53,888 nt of DNA from Patescibacteria group bacterium (GCA_034722415.1 JAYENY010000001.1:1-53888); one strand, 5' to 3'; positions 26,889-36,052 are shown, numbered from the stretch's first letter. The notes: generated by a model from the letters alone, not told the origin. Made by a program: numbers and translations.

Positions 26889-28742
26889 ATGAACAAGGCA
26901 ACCAAAGGTTTAGCAAAAAATTTTTTAGTTATTGTGCTAATTTTTGTATTCGCTTCTGCTATTTTTGCTCTTTTCTCTCCCTTAACTCCTCCTTTAGATA
27001 AAATATCTATCGGTCAATTAGCTCACGAAATTAATCAAGACTCAATAAAAGAATTAGTTATCTCAGGGAATGATATTTTAATCGAATATCAGGATGGTAG
27101 ACAGGTTGAAAGCAGAAAAGAAACTGAAATGGCAATTTCTGAAAGTTTAATTAATTACGGAGTCAACGAAGAAAAACTAAAACAGTTAAATCTAATTATT
27201 CAAGAGGAAAAACAAGGCTGGATGCAAACCGCTTCTATCTTTATAGTAATTCTCCCCTTATTTCTCTTTGGTTGGTTTTTTTGGATGATCAGCAAGCAAG
27301 CTAAAACAGGCGCAATGCAAGCTTTTAATTTTTCTAAAACCAAAGCTCGTCTTTTTGGAGCAGAAGGACACCCTAAATTAAAAGTTAGCTTTAAAGATGT
27401 TGCTGGATTAAGGGAAGCGAAAGAAGAATTAAAAGAAATCGTTGAATTTTTAAAAACTCCTAAAAAATTCCTTGATATGGGAGCAAGAATTCCAAGAGGT
27501 GTTTTACTTTTAGGCCCACCTGGCTGCGGAAAGACACTTTTAGCAAGAGCTGTAGCTGGAGAAAGTAGTGTTCCGTTTTTCTCAATTGCTGGCTCAGAAT
27601 TTATAGAGCTTTTTGTTGGAGTAGGAAGTGGTAGAGTCAGATCTTTATTCCAAGAAGCAAAAAAGCATAAAAAATCTATTATTTTTATTGACGAGCTAGA
27701 CGCTATTGGCAGAACTAGAGGAACGGGCACTGGAGGAGGACACGATGAGAGAGAACAAACCCTGAATCAAATTTTAGTTGAGATGGATGGTTTTGAAAAA
27801 GATTCAAAAACTATAATTATAGCTGCAACTAATAGACCTGATATTCTAGATCCAGCTCTTTTAAGGCCAGGAAGGTTTGACCGCCGAGTTGTTTTAGACC
27901 TACCAAGTATTGAAGATAGAGAGGCAATCTTAAAAATTCACTCTAAAGACAAGCCCCTAGATTCAACGATTAGTCTAAGAGAGGCTGCTGAAAGAACTCC
28001 TGGCTTTTCTGGCGCTGACCTTGCCAACCTTATTAATGAAGCAGCTATTCTAGCTGCGCGAAGAAATAAAAAGACAGTCTCCCAAAAAGAATTGTTAGAA
28101 TCAATTGAAAAAGTTCTTTTGGGACCTGAAAGAAAGAGTTATGTCTTATCAGAGAAAGAGAAAGAGGTATCAGCTTATCATGAAGCTGGACATGCTTTAG
28201 TAGCTTCGTTCTCTGATGATAACGAACTAGTAAGAAAGGTATCAATTGTTTCGAGAGGGATGGCTGCTGGCTATATTCTAAAATCTCCTCGTAAAGAAAA
28301 ACGAATGAAAACTAAGTCAGAATTTTTATCTGATATCGCTACTTTCTTGGGAGGATATTGTGCAGAGGAAATAAAATTTAAAGAAGTAACAACTGGTGCT
28401 AGTAATGATTTAAAACAAGCATCTCGATTGGCAAGAAAATTAGTTAAAGAATTCGGCATGTCTGATAAACTGGGTCCTATTGTATTTGGAGAAAAAAACG
28501 AACTAATGTTTTTAGGAAAAGAATTTAATGAAGAAAAAAATTATTCTGAAAAAATAGCTGAAAAGATAGACCAAGAGGTTGAAAAAATTATAAAAGATGG
28601 CAAAAAGCAAGCAATGAAAATTCTGAAAACAAAAAAACGTTTCTTAGAAAAAATAGCTAAAAGATTAATAGAGAAAGAAACTATCGAAAAAGAAGAATTA
28701 GAGAGATTGATAGGAGGAGGTGCAAAGAAAAAGCGCGCGTAG
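26889..28742 (+). CDS. ftsH: ATP-dependent zinc metalloprotease FtsH
   Basis: 617 aa. Two TMs, Walker A GPPGCGKT, Walker B IIFIDELD, the SRH region and the zinc motif HEAGHAL. Confidence 0.95.
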   Translation: MNKATKGLAKNFLVIVLIFVFASAIFALFSPLTPPLDKISIGQLAHEINQDSIKELVISGNDILIEYQDGRQVESRKETEMAISESLINYGVNEEKLKQLNLIIQEEKQGWMQTASIFIVILPLFLFGWFFWMISKQAKTGAMQAFNFSKTKARLFGAEGHPKLKVSFKDVAGLREAKEELKEIVEFLKTPKKFLDMGARIPRGVLLLGPPGCGKTLLARAVAGESSVPFFSIAGSEFIELFVGVGSGRVRSLFQEAKKHKKSIIFIDELDAIGRTRGTGTGGGHDEREQTLNQILVEMDGFEKDSKTIIIAATNRPDILDPALLRPGRFDRRVVLDLPSIEDREAILKIHSKDKPLDSTISLREAAERTPGFSGADLANLINEAAILAARRNKKTVSQKELLESIEKVLLGPERKSYVLSEKEKEVSAYHEAGHALVASFSDDNELVRKVSIVSRGMAAGYILKSPRKEKRMKTKSEFLSDIATFLGGYCAEEIKFKEVTTGASNDLKQASRLARKLVKEFGMSDKLGPIVFGEKNELMFLGKEFNEEKNYSEKIAEKIDQEVEKIIKDGKKQAMKILKTKKRFLEKIAKRLIEKETIEKEELERLIGGGAKKKRA

Positions 28743-28807
28743 CTCAGCGGTGGAGCATCCGGCTTATATCCGGACGGTCGCAGGTTCGAATCCTGCCGCG
28801 CGCACCA
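28733..28807 (+). tRNA. tRNA-Ile(UAU), CCA encoded
   Basis: Acceptor GCGCGCG/CGCGCGC, D-stem GCTC/GAGC, anticodon stem TCCGG/CCGGA with loop CTTATAT, T-loop TTCGAAT, then ACCA. The first 10 nt overlap the ftsH 3' end, including its stop codon. Confidence 0.8.
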
Positions 28808-28808
28808 T

Positions 28809-28882
28809 GGGCACTTGGCACAGTTGGTTAGCGCGTCGCTTTTACATAGCGAAGGTCGGGGGTTCGAATCCCTCAGTGCCCA
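28809..28882 (+). tRNA. tRNA-Val(UAC)
   Basis: Acceptor GGGCACT/AGTGCCC, anticodon stem TCGCT/AGCGA with loop TTTACAT. Confidence 0.85.
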
Positions 28883-28884
28883 CA

Positions 28885-29544
28885 ATGAATATAATATATC
28901 AAGATAAAAACCTTTTGGTTATAAACAAACCAGCTGGAATCAATTCAGACAAAGAATTAATGATGGAATTGATAAAAGAGCTTCCTGAGCTTATAAAAGC
29001 AGGAGAATACCCAAGGCACGGCCTAATCCATCGCTTAGACAAAGATACTTCTGGAATATTGCTTATTGCAAAAAATAATAAGTCCTTGTCTTTTTTTCAA
29101 AAACAGTTTAAGGAAAGAAAAGTCGATAAAAAATACATTGCGCTTGTCCAGGGAACAATTCCTAAAAAAAGCGGTGAAATAAAAACCCTTATTAACCGAG
29201 AAGGAATAAAACAGAAAACATTTCCTCTCCTTGGTCCTCAAAGGGTTGGATCAAGAATTGCTGAAACTTCTTGGAAAATAATCAAAGAATATAAAGAATA
29301 TACTTTTGTTGAGGCGACCCCCAAAACTGGAAGAAAACACCAAATAAGAGTTCATTTTGCCCATCTAGGATTTCCAATAGCAGGCGATAAACTTTATTCA
29401 TTTAAAAACAAGAAAAAACCAAAGGGCTTGCAAAGACAATTTTTACATGCTAATCAATTAAAGATAAGATTATTAGACGGAAAAGAAAAGATTTTCCGAT
29501 CTGATTTACCAGAAGAATTAAAACAAATAATTAAGATACTATGA
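28885..29544 (+). CDS. RluA-family pseudouridine synthase (no S4 domain)
   Basis: MNIIYQDKNLLVINKPAG and the catalytic HRLDKDTSGILLIAK. The track ORF 28720.. reads through two tRNAs, so the ATG at 28885 is used instead. Confidence 0.85.
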   Translation: MNIIYQDKNLLVINKPAGINSDKELMMELIKELPELIKAGEYPRHGLIHRLDKDTSGILLIAKNNKSLSFFQKQFKERKVDKKYIALVQGTIPKKSGEIKTLINREGIKQKTFPLLGPQRVGSRIAETSWKIIKEYKEYTFVEATPKTGRKHQIRVHFAHLGFPIAGDKLYSFKNKKKPKGLQRQFLHANQLKIRLLDGKEKIFRSDLPEELKQIIKIL

Positions 29545-30020
29545 CTCAAGAAAACACAACCTTAAACGAAAATATTTCAAACATTAAATCTGGAGATACT
29601 ATTAAAGTTTATCAGATTATAAAGGAAGCAGAGAAGCCAGGAAAAAAGGGCAAAGAAGATCCCAAAAAAGAAAAAATTCAAGTTTTTGAAGGTCTTGTTC
29701 TTGCAAGAAAACATGGGAAAGAGCCTGGATCAACTATTACTGTTCGTAAGGTTATAGATGGTATTGGAGTAGAAAAAATATTTCCCCTACACTCTCCTAT
29801 GATAAAAAAAATAGAGATTGTGAAGCGGAGCAAAGTAAGAAGAGCCAAGCTTTATTACCTAAGAGAAGCAAAAGGAAAAAGAGCTAGGCTAAAAACTCTT
29901 GCGTTTACTCCTGAAAAATCTAAAAAAATTGAAAAAGTAGAAAAAATAAAAGAAATAAAAAAAGAAAAGACAGAAGTAATCGAAAGTACAGAAAAAAACA
30001 CACAACCTTCAGAAAGCTAA
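29541..30020 (+). CDS. rplS: 50S ribosomal protein L19 with a Lys/Glu-rich C-terminal extension
   Basis: GDTIKVYQIIKE...IQVFEGLVLARKHG...ITVRKV..GIGVEKIFPLHSP.IKKIEIV. ATGA overlap with the upstream gene. Confidence 0.9.
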   Translation: MTQENTTLNENISNIKSGDTIKVYQIIKEAEKPGKKGKEDPKKEKIQVFEGLVLARKHGKEPGSTITVRKVIDGIGVEKIFPLHSPMIKKIEIVKRSKVRRAKLYYLREAKGKRARLKTLAFTPEKSKKIEKVEKIKEIKKEKTEVIESTEKNTQPSES

Positions 30021-30102
30021 GCCCAGGTGGTGGAACGGTATACACGGCAGTTTGAGGGACTGTGCTCTTAGGGGCGTGCGGGTTCAAATCCCGCCCTGGG
30101 CA
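30021..30102 (+). tRNA. tRNA-Leu(GAG)
   Basis: Starts on the base after the rplS stop codon. Acceptor GCCCAGG/CCTGGGC, anticodon stem GCAGT/ACTGT with loop TTGAGGG, long variable arm. Confidence 0.85.
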
Positions 30103-30112
30103 CTTAAAAGTA

Positions 30113-30140
30113 AAAAGACCGCCAATAATGGCGGCCTTTT
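30113..30140. terminator. Bidirectional terminator
   Basis: aaaagaccgcc-aataat-ggcggcctttt (one mismatch), with T-runs on both strands. It lies between convergent transcription units. Confidence 0.65.
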
Positions 30141-30157
30141 ACTTCTGGAATTATTTT

Positions 30158-30676
30158 TTATTCTTCAACGAGCTCAATGTAACTATAATGAGCTCCGAAT
30201 TCTATTGCTCCCTCTTTTGATGGGAACCATATATCTATCTGATATTTTTTTCTAGGATGCATTCTGTCTTGAACTACGAATATCTTATTGCCATAGAGTT
30301 CAGGAATTTTTAATTCTGTTCCAAATGGCAAAAAATTCGCTGCAACGATTCCATCTTGGACCCAATTACCAGAAGCGGTAATATATGGATCTCCGTCAGT
30401 TTCATAAGGACAAGAAGAATAAGCTGTAATTGCTACTCTTATTGTCTTTGAATCATTGGAATCGTGAATTAGTTTATGTTCTAACAGATAATGTTCACTA
30501 TTAGGGAACACACTGTTATTCTGAATTACATTAAACGAGCCACTTAATTCAGCAGAGCCTTCTGGTAAAAAACCGTCTTGCACTGCTGCTAGAGCACCTG
30601 ACAAGGAGAATATTACCCCTCCAATCACGCTCCAAACAAAAAAAGTCTCTATTGATCGACTAATTTTAATACTCAT
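30158..30676 (-). CDS. 3D-domain (MltA/RlpA-like) cell-wall-associated protein
   Basis: VAITAYSSCPYETDGDPYITASG...VAANFLPFGTELKIPELYG...VQDRMHPR...IDIWF. The start is probably MSIKISR (30676), preceding a signal anchor. The track ORF extends to 30727. Confidence 0.75.
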   Translation of the reverse strand: MSIKISRSIETFFVWSVIGGVIFSLSGALAAVQDGFLPEGSAELSGSFNVIQNNSVFPNSEHYLLEHKLIHDSNDSKTIRVAITAYSSCPYETDGDPYITASGNWVQDGIVAANFLPFGTELKIPELYGNKIFVVQDRMHPRKKYQIDIWFPSKEGAIEFGAHYSYIELVEE

Positions 30677-30752
30677 ACATTTTCCAGAACTACACACATA
30701 ATAACATTTTCCAATACCTTTTGTCAAGGATTTTCATGTAAAAATCAACTCA

Positions 30753-30771
30753 AAATGCCCTTAGGGCATTT
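30753..30771 (-). terminator. Hairpin downstream of the five-tRNA cluster
   Basis: aaatgccc-tta-gggcattt (8-bp stem). On the minus strand the stem runs into TTTTGAG. Confidence 0.45.
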
Positions 30772-30778
30772 CTTCGTG

Positions 30779-30850
30779 AGCGGGAGACGGGATTTGAACC
30801 CGCGATCTTCTCGTTGGCAACGAGACGCTCTACCACTAAGCTACTCCCGC
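30779..30850 (-). tRNA. tRNA-Gly(GCC)
   Basis: Acceptor GCGGGAG/CTCCCGC, U73, anticodon stem TCTCG/CGAGA with loop TTGCCAA. Confidence 0.85.
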
Positions 30851-30907
30851 ACTAAATTTCTATAATGGACAAGAACACATTAAATATCCTAATGTATTTT
30901 TTTAATG

Positions 30908-30979
30908 TGCCGCGGGTCAGAATTGAACTGACGACCCTTTCTTTTTCAGAGAAATGCTCTACCACTGAGCTACCGCGGC
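30908..30979 (-). tRNA. tRNA-Phe(GAA)
   Basis: Acceptor GCCGCGG/CCGCGGC, anticodon stem TTTCT/AGAAA with loop CTGAAAA. Confidence 0.85.
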
Positions 30980-30980
30980 G

Positions 30981-31057
30981 TGGTGGGCGCGACAGGATTT
31001 GAACCTGTGACCTCCGCAATGTCAATGCGACACTCTAACCAACTGAGCTACGCGCCC
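30981..31057 (-). tRNA. tRNA-Val(GAC), CCA encoded
   Basis: Acceptor GGGCGCG/CGCGCCC, then ACCA. Anticodon stem TCGCA/TGCGG with loop TTGACAT. Confidence 0.85.
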
Positions 31058-31060
31058 ATG

Positions 31061-31144
31061 TGCCCGGGGTGGGATTCGAACCCACATGGCCTTGCGGCCA
31101 CAACATTTTAAGTGTTGCATGTAAACCAGTTCCATCACCCGGGC
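31061..31144 (-). tRNA. tRNA-Leu(UAA)
   Basis: Acceptor GCCCGGG/CCCGGGC, anticodon stem CAACA/TGTTG with loop CTTAAAA, long variable arm. Confidence 0.8.
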
Positions 31145-31151
31145 GAATCCT

Positions 31152-31223
31152 AGGCGCGGATGGGAGTTGCACCCATGTATATCGGTTTTGCAGACCGATG
31201 CCTTGCTACTTGGCTACCGCGCC
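31152..31223 (-). tRNA. tRNA-Cys(GCA)
   Basis: Acceptor GGCGCGG/CCGCGCC, U73, anticodon stem TCGGT/ACCGA with loop CTGCAAA. The T-loop TGCAACT is atypical. Confidence 0.8.
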
Positions 31224-31238
31224 GACAATAATGAATTA

Positions 31239-31583
31239 TTATTTATCGTTTTTATGTATTTTTGAAATCAGCTCTTCAATTCTAGCAGCTTCCTCTACTT
31301 TAGATTCCTCGTAAAATACAATCCTAGGAATTTTTTTTAAATACAATCTTTTATTAAGTTCTTGTTGAATATGATAAATGTCTTTTTTCAAAAAATCTAA
31401 AACTTCCTTCCTTTTTTCTTCAGGCATTACGCTAATAAAAATTTTCGCCCCACTTAACTCTGGAGATATATCCACCCTAGTAACTGTTACCAACATATTC
31501 TTATCAAAACTTTCTTCTTTTAAGAGAATATTCGAAATTTCTCTTTTGAAAAGCTCATTAAGTCGAATTATTCTTTCAGACAT
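31239..31583 (-). CDS. rbfA: Ribosome-binding factor A
   Basis: 114 aa. RLNELFKREISNIL...VTVTRVDISPELSGAKIFIS. Confidence 0.85.
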   Translation of the reverse strand: MSERIIRLNELFKREISNILLKEESFDKNMLVTVTRVDISPELSGAKIFISVMPEEKRKEVLDFLKKDIYHIQQELNKRLYLKKIPRIVFYEESKVEEAARIEELISKIHKNDK

Positions 31584-31648
31584 TTTTTATTAAAAATTAT
31601 ATATCTACGCAATCGTAATTTAATATTTTATGAACATAATAAACAACT

Positions 31649-33184
31649 TTATAACTCTGATTTCTTCTTTTCTTCGATATAAAAATTAAGAATATCGTCT
31701 TCTTGGATTTTTTCTTTCCCTTCATATAAAATCCCTACTTCATCATTTACTTCTGCTCGTTCAATCGCTTTTTTCTCCCTCTGAAGTTCTAGAATTCTTC
31801 CCTTACTCAATAATTCATCTTCTCTTAAAATCTCCATTTTAGCAACTTTTAAAACTTCTCCATCTACAATTCTGCCTCCTATAATTTGACGTCCTTTTTC
31901 GGTTCTAAAAACCTTTAGAACCTGCATTTGCCCGATATCTCGACGTACTATCTCTGATTCTATTTCTCTCTTCATTAATCGACGAATCTCTTGAATCAAT
32001 TCATAGATTACTTCATAATAATAAATTTTTGCACTCTTCTGATCAGCTAATCTTAACGCTAAAGGATTTGGCTTAACTCTAAATCCAAATATTTTTGCTT
32101 TACTCGCAACAGCTAGATTCACATCGTCTTCAACTATTGGTCCAACGTCTGATTTTAAAACACGGATTAATAAATCTTCTTTAGGCAACGACTCTATCAT
32201 CCCCTCTAGTGCTTCTAGTGTCCCGACAACATCTGCCCGCAATATAATGTTTAAGGTCTTTTGCCCTTCTTTTGCTATTGAAGGGGTATTTGTGTTTGCC
32301 TGATCCTTTTTTATAGCATATTCTTTTGCTTTTTCAATCTCTGTAAAAGATTTAAAGATTTCTCCGACAAAAGGCCTTGTTTCAAGCCCTAAAACCGCTA
32401 CTGGCTGAGATGGATTAGCTGTCTTGATAGAATTTCCTTTGTAATCTTTCATGTTCTTTACTTTTCCAGTAGCTCCTTGAGTGGCTATAATATCTTGAAT
32501 TTTAAGAGTTCCATTTTTGATTAAAAGAATAGCTACAAATCCCATCCTTTCGTCTAAGTGAGTTTCGATTACAACCCCTTCTGCGTGTTGATCTGGATCT
32601 GCTTTTAATTCCTGCATTTCGCTCACCAGAAGAATAAGTTCTAGAAGTTCGTCAATGCCTGTTTTTTGAATAGCTGATGTTTCGACACAAGGAATTTCTC
32701 CTCCCAAACCTTCAACAACTATATCTGCTTTTAATAATTCGTTCTTAACTTTTTGAGGATTAGCTTCCGGCTTATCTACTTTATTTAAAACAACAACCAT
32801 TTGAAGCCCGGCATCCTTAATGCAATCAATGGCCTCTTGTGTTTGAGGCTTTATTCCTTCCTCTGCAGCAATAACTAAAAGAGCAATATCAGCTACTTCA
32901 GCGCCCCGTGATCGCATAGCACAAAAAGCCTCGTGTCCTGGAGTGTCTATAAAGGTAATTTTTTTGCTCTTATGCTCCACTTCGTAAGCACCTATATGCT
33001 GAGTAATACCGCCTGATTCTTTATGGGTAATTCTAAAGTCCTTAATCGCCTCGAGAAGCGAGCTTTTTCCATGATCAACATGACCTAGGACCACCACCAC
33101 AGGAGCTTTTTCTATTAAATTTTTAGATTCTTTTGTTGTCATAAACGTATTAAGCATATTACCCCTTTTTGCTTGTTTATTCAA
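31649..33184 (-). CDS. infB: Translation initiation factor IF-2 (short form lacking the long N-terminal region)
   Basis: G-domain [24 protein letters not shown] and NKVDK, followed by the IF2 domains. Confidence 0.9.
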   Translation of the reverse strand: MNKQAKRGNMLNTFMTTKESKNLIEKAPVVVVLGHVDHGKSSLLEAIKDFRITHKESGGITQHIGAYEVEHKSKKITFIDTPGHEAFCAMRSRGAEVADIALLVIAAEEGIKPQTQEAIDCIKDAGLQMVVVLNKVDKPEANPQKVKNELLKADIVVEGLGGEIPCVETSAIQKTGIDELLELILLVSEMQELKADPDQHAEGVVIETHLDERMGFVAILLIKNGTLKIQDIIATQGATGKVKNMKDYKGNSIKTANPSQPVAVLGLETRPFVGEIFKSFTEIEKAKEYAIKKDQANTNTPSIAKEGQKTLNIILRADVVGTLEALEGMIESLPKEDLLIRVLKSDVGPIVEDDVNLAVASKAKIFGFRVKPNPLALRLADQKSAKIYYYEVIYELIQEIRRLMKREIESEIVRRDIGQMQVLKVFRTEKGRQIIGGRIVDGEVLKVAKMEILREDELLSKGRILELQREKKAIERAEVNDEVGILYEGKEKIQEDDILNFYIEEKKKSEL

Positions 33185-33225
33185 GCAAAAACCTGCTCTA
33201 TGGCAGGAATTTCTATCATCTTAAG

Positions 33226-33310
33226 CGGCGGGGGGAGGATTCGAACCTCCGGTTCCAAACGGAACAATGGTTTTCGAAACCACCTCAATAGTCCACTCTG
33301 ACACCCCGCC
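33226..33310 (-). tRNA. tRNA-Ser(CGA)
   Basis: Acceptor GGCGGGG/CCCCGCC, anticodon stem GTGGT/ACCAT with loop TTCGAAA, long variable arm. Confidence 0.85.
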
Positions 33311-33314
33311 ATAA

Positions 33315-34277
33315 CTAAAATAAATCAGCATCTATGGCAAAATTCTTTGGTAATAAAAAAGAAAAATGATTTCCTGTAATATTTCCTAGAGCAACTTCTG
33401 TTTTTCCTTTAAAAATCTTGGGTTTAAAAAATTTCTCTATTTCTTTCTTGTATTTTGTGAAATCAGAAAAGTATTTTATCAAAATGTCTGCTGCTGTTAA
33501 CCCCCAAATAATTCCTCCTCCCGTTGTTGGTTTTGTTAGTCCAATAGCATCTCCACATAAAGTAATATCCCCTGAGTCTGGTAAAGAAATTCCCTGGGGA
33601 ATAAGTGCTGCTTTTAATTTATTTGATTCTAAATGTATCTCTTGTTCTTGGCAAAATTCCTCAAATCCTTCCTTTATAGAAGTGCTTGGCCCAATTCCCC
33701 CATATTCAATTCTTCCTGTTTTGGGAATTTTCCAAAAGAAACCATTCTTTGGAGAATCCTGAAAAAACTTTTCCCAAATTTCAATTTCTCCATCTGAACT
33801 ACTCTCATCCACAAAATATTGAAGGCCTAGTCGAAATATAGGAGAAGGCAATGATAATAATTCTCTTGTTTTAGAAAGTACTCCATCACAGCCAATTATT
33901 TTTGAGAATCCTTGAGGGACCTTATCAACTTCCGTCTCAAAAACAAACCTTACTCCTTCTTTTTTAGCTAAATTAAAAATAAATTGATCTAATTCTTGTC
34001 TCTCAAAGACTAAAAATGATGGTTTTGGTTTTAATCTAATGTCTCTTTTGGGAAAATGAACCAATACTGAATCTGCTTTTCTTTGGTATAGGCTATCAGG
34101 TATCGGAATAAATTTTTTAATCCTCTCTGATATCAATCCGCTACAAGGCTTTGCATAAATTCCATCTTTTTTTTCAAAAACAGTTACATTAAACCCTTTT
34201 TTCTTAAGTTGCCATGCTAAATAAAGACCAATTGGACCGGCCCCAATAATTGCTACGCTATTCTTAATATTCTCCAT
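33315..34277 (-). CDS. FAD-dependent oxidoreductase (geranylgeranyl-reductase-like)
   Basis: Rossmann motif VAIIGAGPIGLYLAWQLKKKGFNVTVFEKK and a C-terminal GDAIGLTKPTTGGGI. Confidence 0.7.
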   Translation of the reverse strand: MENIKNSVAIIGAGPIGLYLAWQLKKKGFNVTVFEKKDGIYAKPCSGLISERIKKFIPIPDSLYQRKADSVLVHFPKRDIRLKPKPSFLVFERQELDQFIFNLAKKEGVRFVFETEVDKVPQGFSKIIGCDGVLSKTRELLSLPSPIFRLGLQYFVDESSSDGEIEIWEKFFQDSPKNGFFWKIPKTGRIEYGGIGPSTSIKEGFEEFCQEQEIHLESNKLKAALIPQGISLPDSGDITLCGDAIGLTKPTTGGGIIWGLTAADILIKYFSDFTKYKKEIEKFFKPKIFKGKTEVALGNITGNHFSFLLPKNFAIDADLF

Positions 34278-35466
34278 TTTTGGTTAATTTAGCAAATTTT
34301 CTTTTGCCAACTTGAATTATCATTCCTTCCTTAACTTTTATATCTCTACGAACATCTTGTTGGGTTTCGGAATCTATCCTAACTCCGCCCTGCTCAATTA
34401 AACGCTTAGCCTCTGCCTTTGACTTCGTTAATTCTAAAGATGCCAGAAGTTCGGTTATAGGATAAACATCCTTGGGAGCAAAAAATACTCTTATATCAGA
34501 AGGTAATCCTTTATTTTTAAAAATTTTACTAAATTCTTTTTCCGCCTTTTCGCTTGCAGCCTTGCCGTGATAAAGAGAAACAATTAATAAGGCTAGTTTT
34601 ACTTTTAAATCTTTTGGATTTACGATCCCTTCTTTCATTTGTTTCTTTATTTCTACCAGTTCTTTACTAGAGATTGGAGTACAAAGCTCAAAATAATCAA
34701 CAATTGCCTCATCTTTCATAGACATTAATTTCCCATACATTTCATTGGGAGGATCTATAATATTTACCACATTGCCCCAGCTAGTCGACATTTTTCTGCC
34801 ATCAAGCCCATTAAGCATTTTAAGTGTAATGATATCTTGAGGTTTCTGATTAAATATTTTTTGAATATCTCTACCAGTATTAAGATTAAAAAGCTGATCA
34901 TACCCACCAAGCTCTACGTCTGACTCAACCATTACCGAATCATATCCTTGGAGTAGGGGGTAGGTAATTTCTTTTAAAGATATTGGTTCTTTCTTGGTCC
35001 ACCTCTCTTTAAAATTTCTTCTTTGAACTAATTGCTGAACAGAAAAAGCGCTGGCTAAAGATAAAAACTCTTTTAATGGCATTTTACTAAACCATTCGCT
35101 GTTGTGACGAATTTCTGTTTTTTTAATATCTAAAATTTTAGAAAACTGATTGATATAGGCCTTCATATTCTTTTCAATATCTTTTTCTGTCAATCCACTT
35201 CTTCCATCGGGCTTATCTGAGGGATCTCCAACTAGGGCTGTAAAATCTCCAATAATTAAAACGATCTTATGCCCTAAGTCCTGAAACTCTTTAAGCTTCC
35301 AAAGCTGAGTTGCTCTTCCTAGATGAATTTTATCTCCAGTTGGATCAACTCCATGTTTAATCCTTAACTTCTTTCCAGATAGCAAAGCTTCTGTAAGGTT
35401 TTTTTTATCAATTATTTTCTCGACACCTCTCGTTAACACTTGATCTATTTTTTTATTATTTTCCAT
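34264..35466 (-). CDS. tyrS: Tyrosine--tRNA ligase
   Basis: HIGH-type GVDPTGDKIHLGR, the KMSKS variant KMSTS and a C-terminal S4-like domain. Confidence 0.9.
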   Translation of the reverse strand: MENNKKIDQVLTRGVEKIIDKKNLTEALLSGKKLRIKHGVDPTGDKIHLGRATQLWKLKEFQDLGHKIVLIIGDFTALVGDPSDKPDGRSGLTEKDIEKNMKAYINQFSKILDIKKTEIRHNSEWFSKMPLKEFLSLASAFSVQQLVQRRNFKERWTKKEPISLKEITYPLLQGYDSVMVESDVELGGYDQLFNLNTGRDIQKIFNQKPQDIITLKMLNGLDGRKMSTSWGNVVNIIDPPNEMYGKLMSMKDEAIVDYFELCTPISSKELVEIKKQMKEGIVNPKDLKVKLALLIVSLYHGKAASEKAEKEFSKIFKNKGLPSDIRVFFAPKDVYPITELLASLELTKSKAEAKRLIEQGGVRIDSETQQDVRRDIKVKEGMIIQVGKRKFAKLTKNGEY

Positions 35467-35482
35467 ATAAGTATTTTAATTG

Positions 35483-35556
35483 TGGACCCAGCGAGATTCG
35501 AACTCGCGACCTTCTCTATGCCATAGAGACGCGCTGGCCAACTGCGCTATGGGCCC
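35483..35556 (-). tRNA. tRNA-Ala(GGC)
   Basis: Acceptor GGGCCCA/TGGGTCC with the G3:U70 Ala identity pair. Anticodon loop ATGGCAT. Confidence 0.85.
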
Positions 35557-35565
35557 GCTTGCTGA

Positions 35566-35638
35566 TGCCCCCACCAGGACTCGAACCTGGATCTATTCCT
35601 TAGGAGGGAATCGTTCTATCCTGTTGAACTACAGGGGC
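35566..35638 (-). tRNA. tRNA-Arg(CCU)
   Basis: Anticodon stem ATTCC/GGAAT with loop CTCCTAA. The acceptor stem has two G:U pairs. Confidence 0.8.
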
Positions 35639-35702
35639 GAATCTTGATTTAGATTATCATTTTTATAGCGAGAAAACAAGATTTCATCAAAAACCTTTCA
35701 TC

Positions 35703-35725
35703 AAAAACCCTTGCTAAAGCAAGGG
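35703..35725 (-). terminator. Rho-independent terminator after tRNA-His
   Basis: cccttgc-taaa-gcaaggg. On the minus strand the stem is followed by TTTTT. Confidence 0.6.
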
Positions 35726-35740
35726 CTTCTGGAAAGATTG

Positions 35741-35814
35741 GGTGACCGAAGGGGCTCGAACCCTCAACCTTCTCGACCACAACGAGAAGCTCTACCAATT
35801 GAGCTACGGCCACC
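35741..35814 (-). tRNA. tRNA-His(GUG) with encoded G-1
   Basis: An extra 5' G opposite C73. Anticodon stem TCTCG/CGAGA with loop TTGTGGT. Confidence 0.85.
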
Positions 35815-35892
35815 ATAAAATTGTTTTAGGACTGTGTAAACACGCGGATAAATAGAACCCCCTCTGCCACTTACCATGCCTCAATCAATATA

Positions 35893-35966
35893 TGCCCCCA
35901 CCAGGGCTCGAACCTGGAGTCTACTCCTTAGAAGGGAGTCGCGTTATCCAATTGCGCTATGGGGGC
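35893..35966 (-). tRNA. tRNA-Arg(UCU)
   Basis: Acceptor GCCCCCA/TGGGGGC, anticodon stem ACTCC/GGAGT with loop CTTCTAA. Confidence 0.85.
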
Positions 35967-36052
35967 TAAAGTAAGTTCAACTATACCAAAAAATCAATAT
36001 AAATCAAGAAAAACAGACTATCCTACTCTCTAATGGTAAATAATTTCTTGTT

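Noticed and set aside
28720-28884. N-terminal 55 codons of the track ORF 28720..29544
   Set aside because: This stretch reads straight through tRNA-Ile and tRNA-Val. The conserved RluA-family N-terminus (MNIIYQDKNLLVINKPAG) starts at the ATG at 28885.
28541-28885. 114-aa minus-strand ORF
   Set aside because: It is antisense to the ftsH 3' end and to two tRNA genes. The Pro/Arg-rich translation is typical of reading tRNA DNA.
30052-30255. 67-aa plus-strand ORF
   Set aside because: It starts inside tRNA-Leu(GAG), crosses a terminator and runs antisense to the 3D-domain gene.
31060-31314. 84-aa plus-strand ORF
   Set aside because: It is antisense to tRNA-Leu(UAA) and tRNA-Cys.
29541-33184. 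L19 C-terminal Lys/Glu extension and N-terminally truncated IF-2 as novelties
   Set aside because: Both look like ordinary lineage-level variation of ribosomal and translation proteins in reduced genomes. Neither is evidence of a new system.
35682-35709. Perfect tandem 14-mer tttcatcaaaaacc x2
   Set aside because: It overlaps the U-tract side of the tRNA-His terminator. It is short and AT-rich, and there are no further copies in the window.
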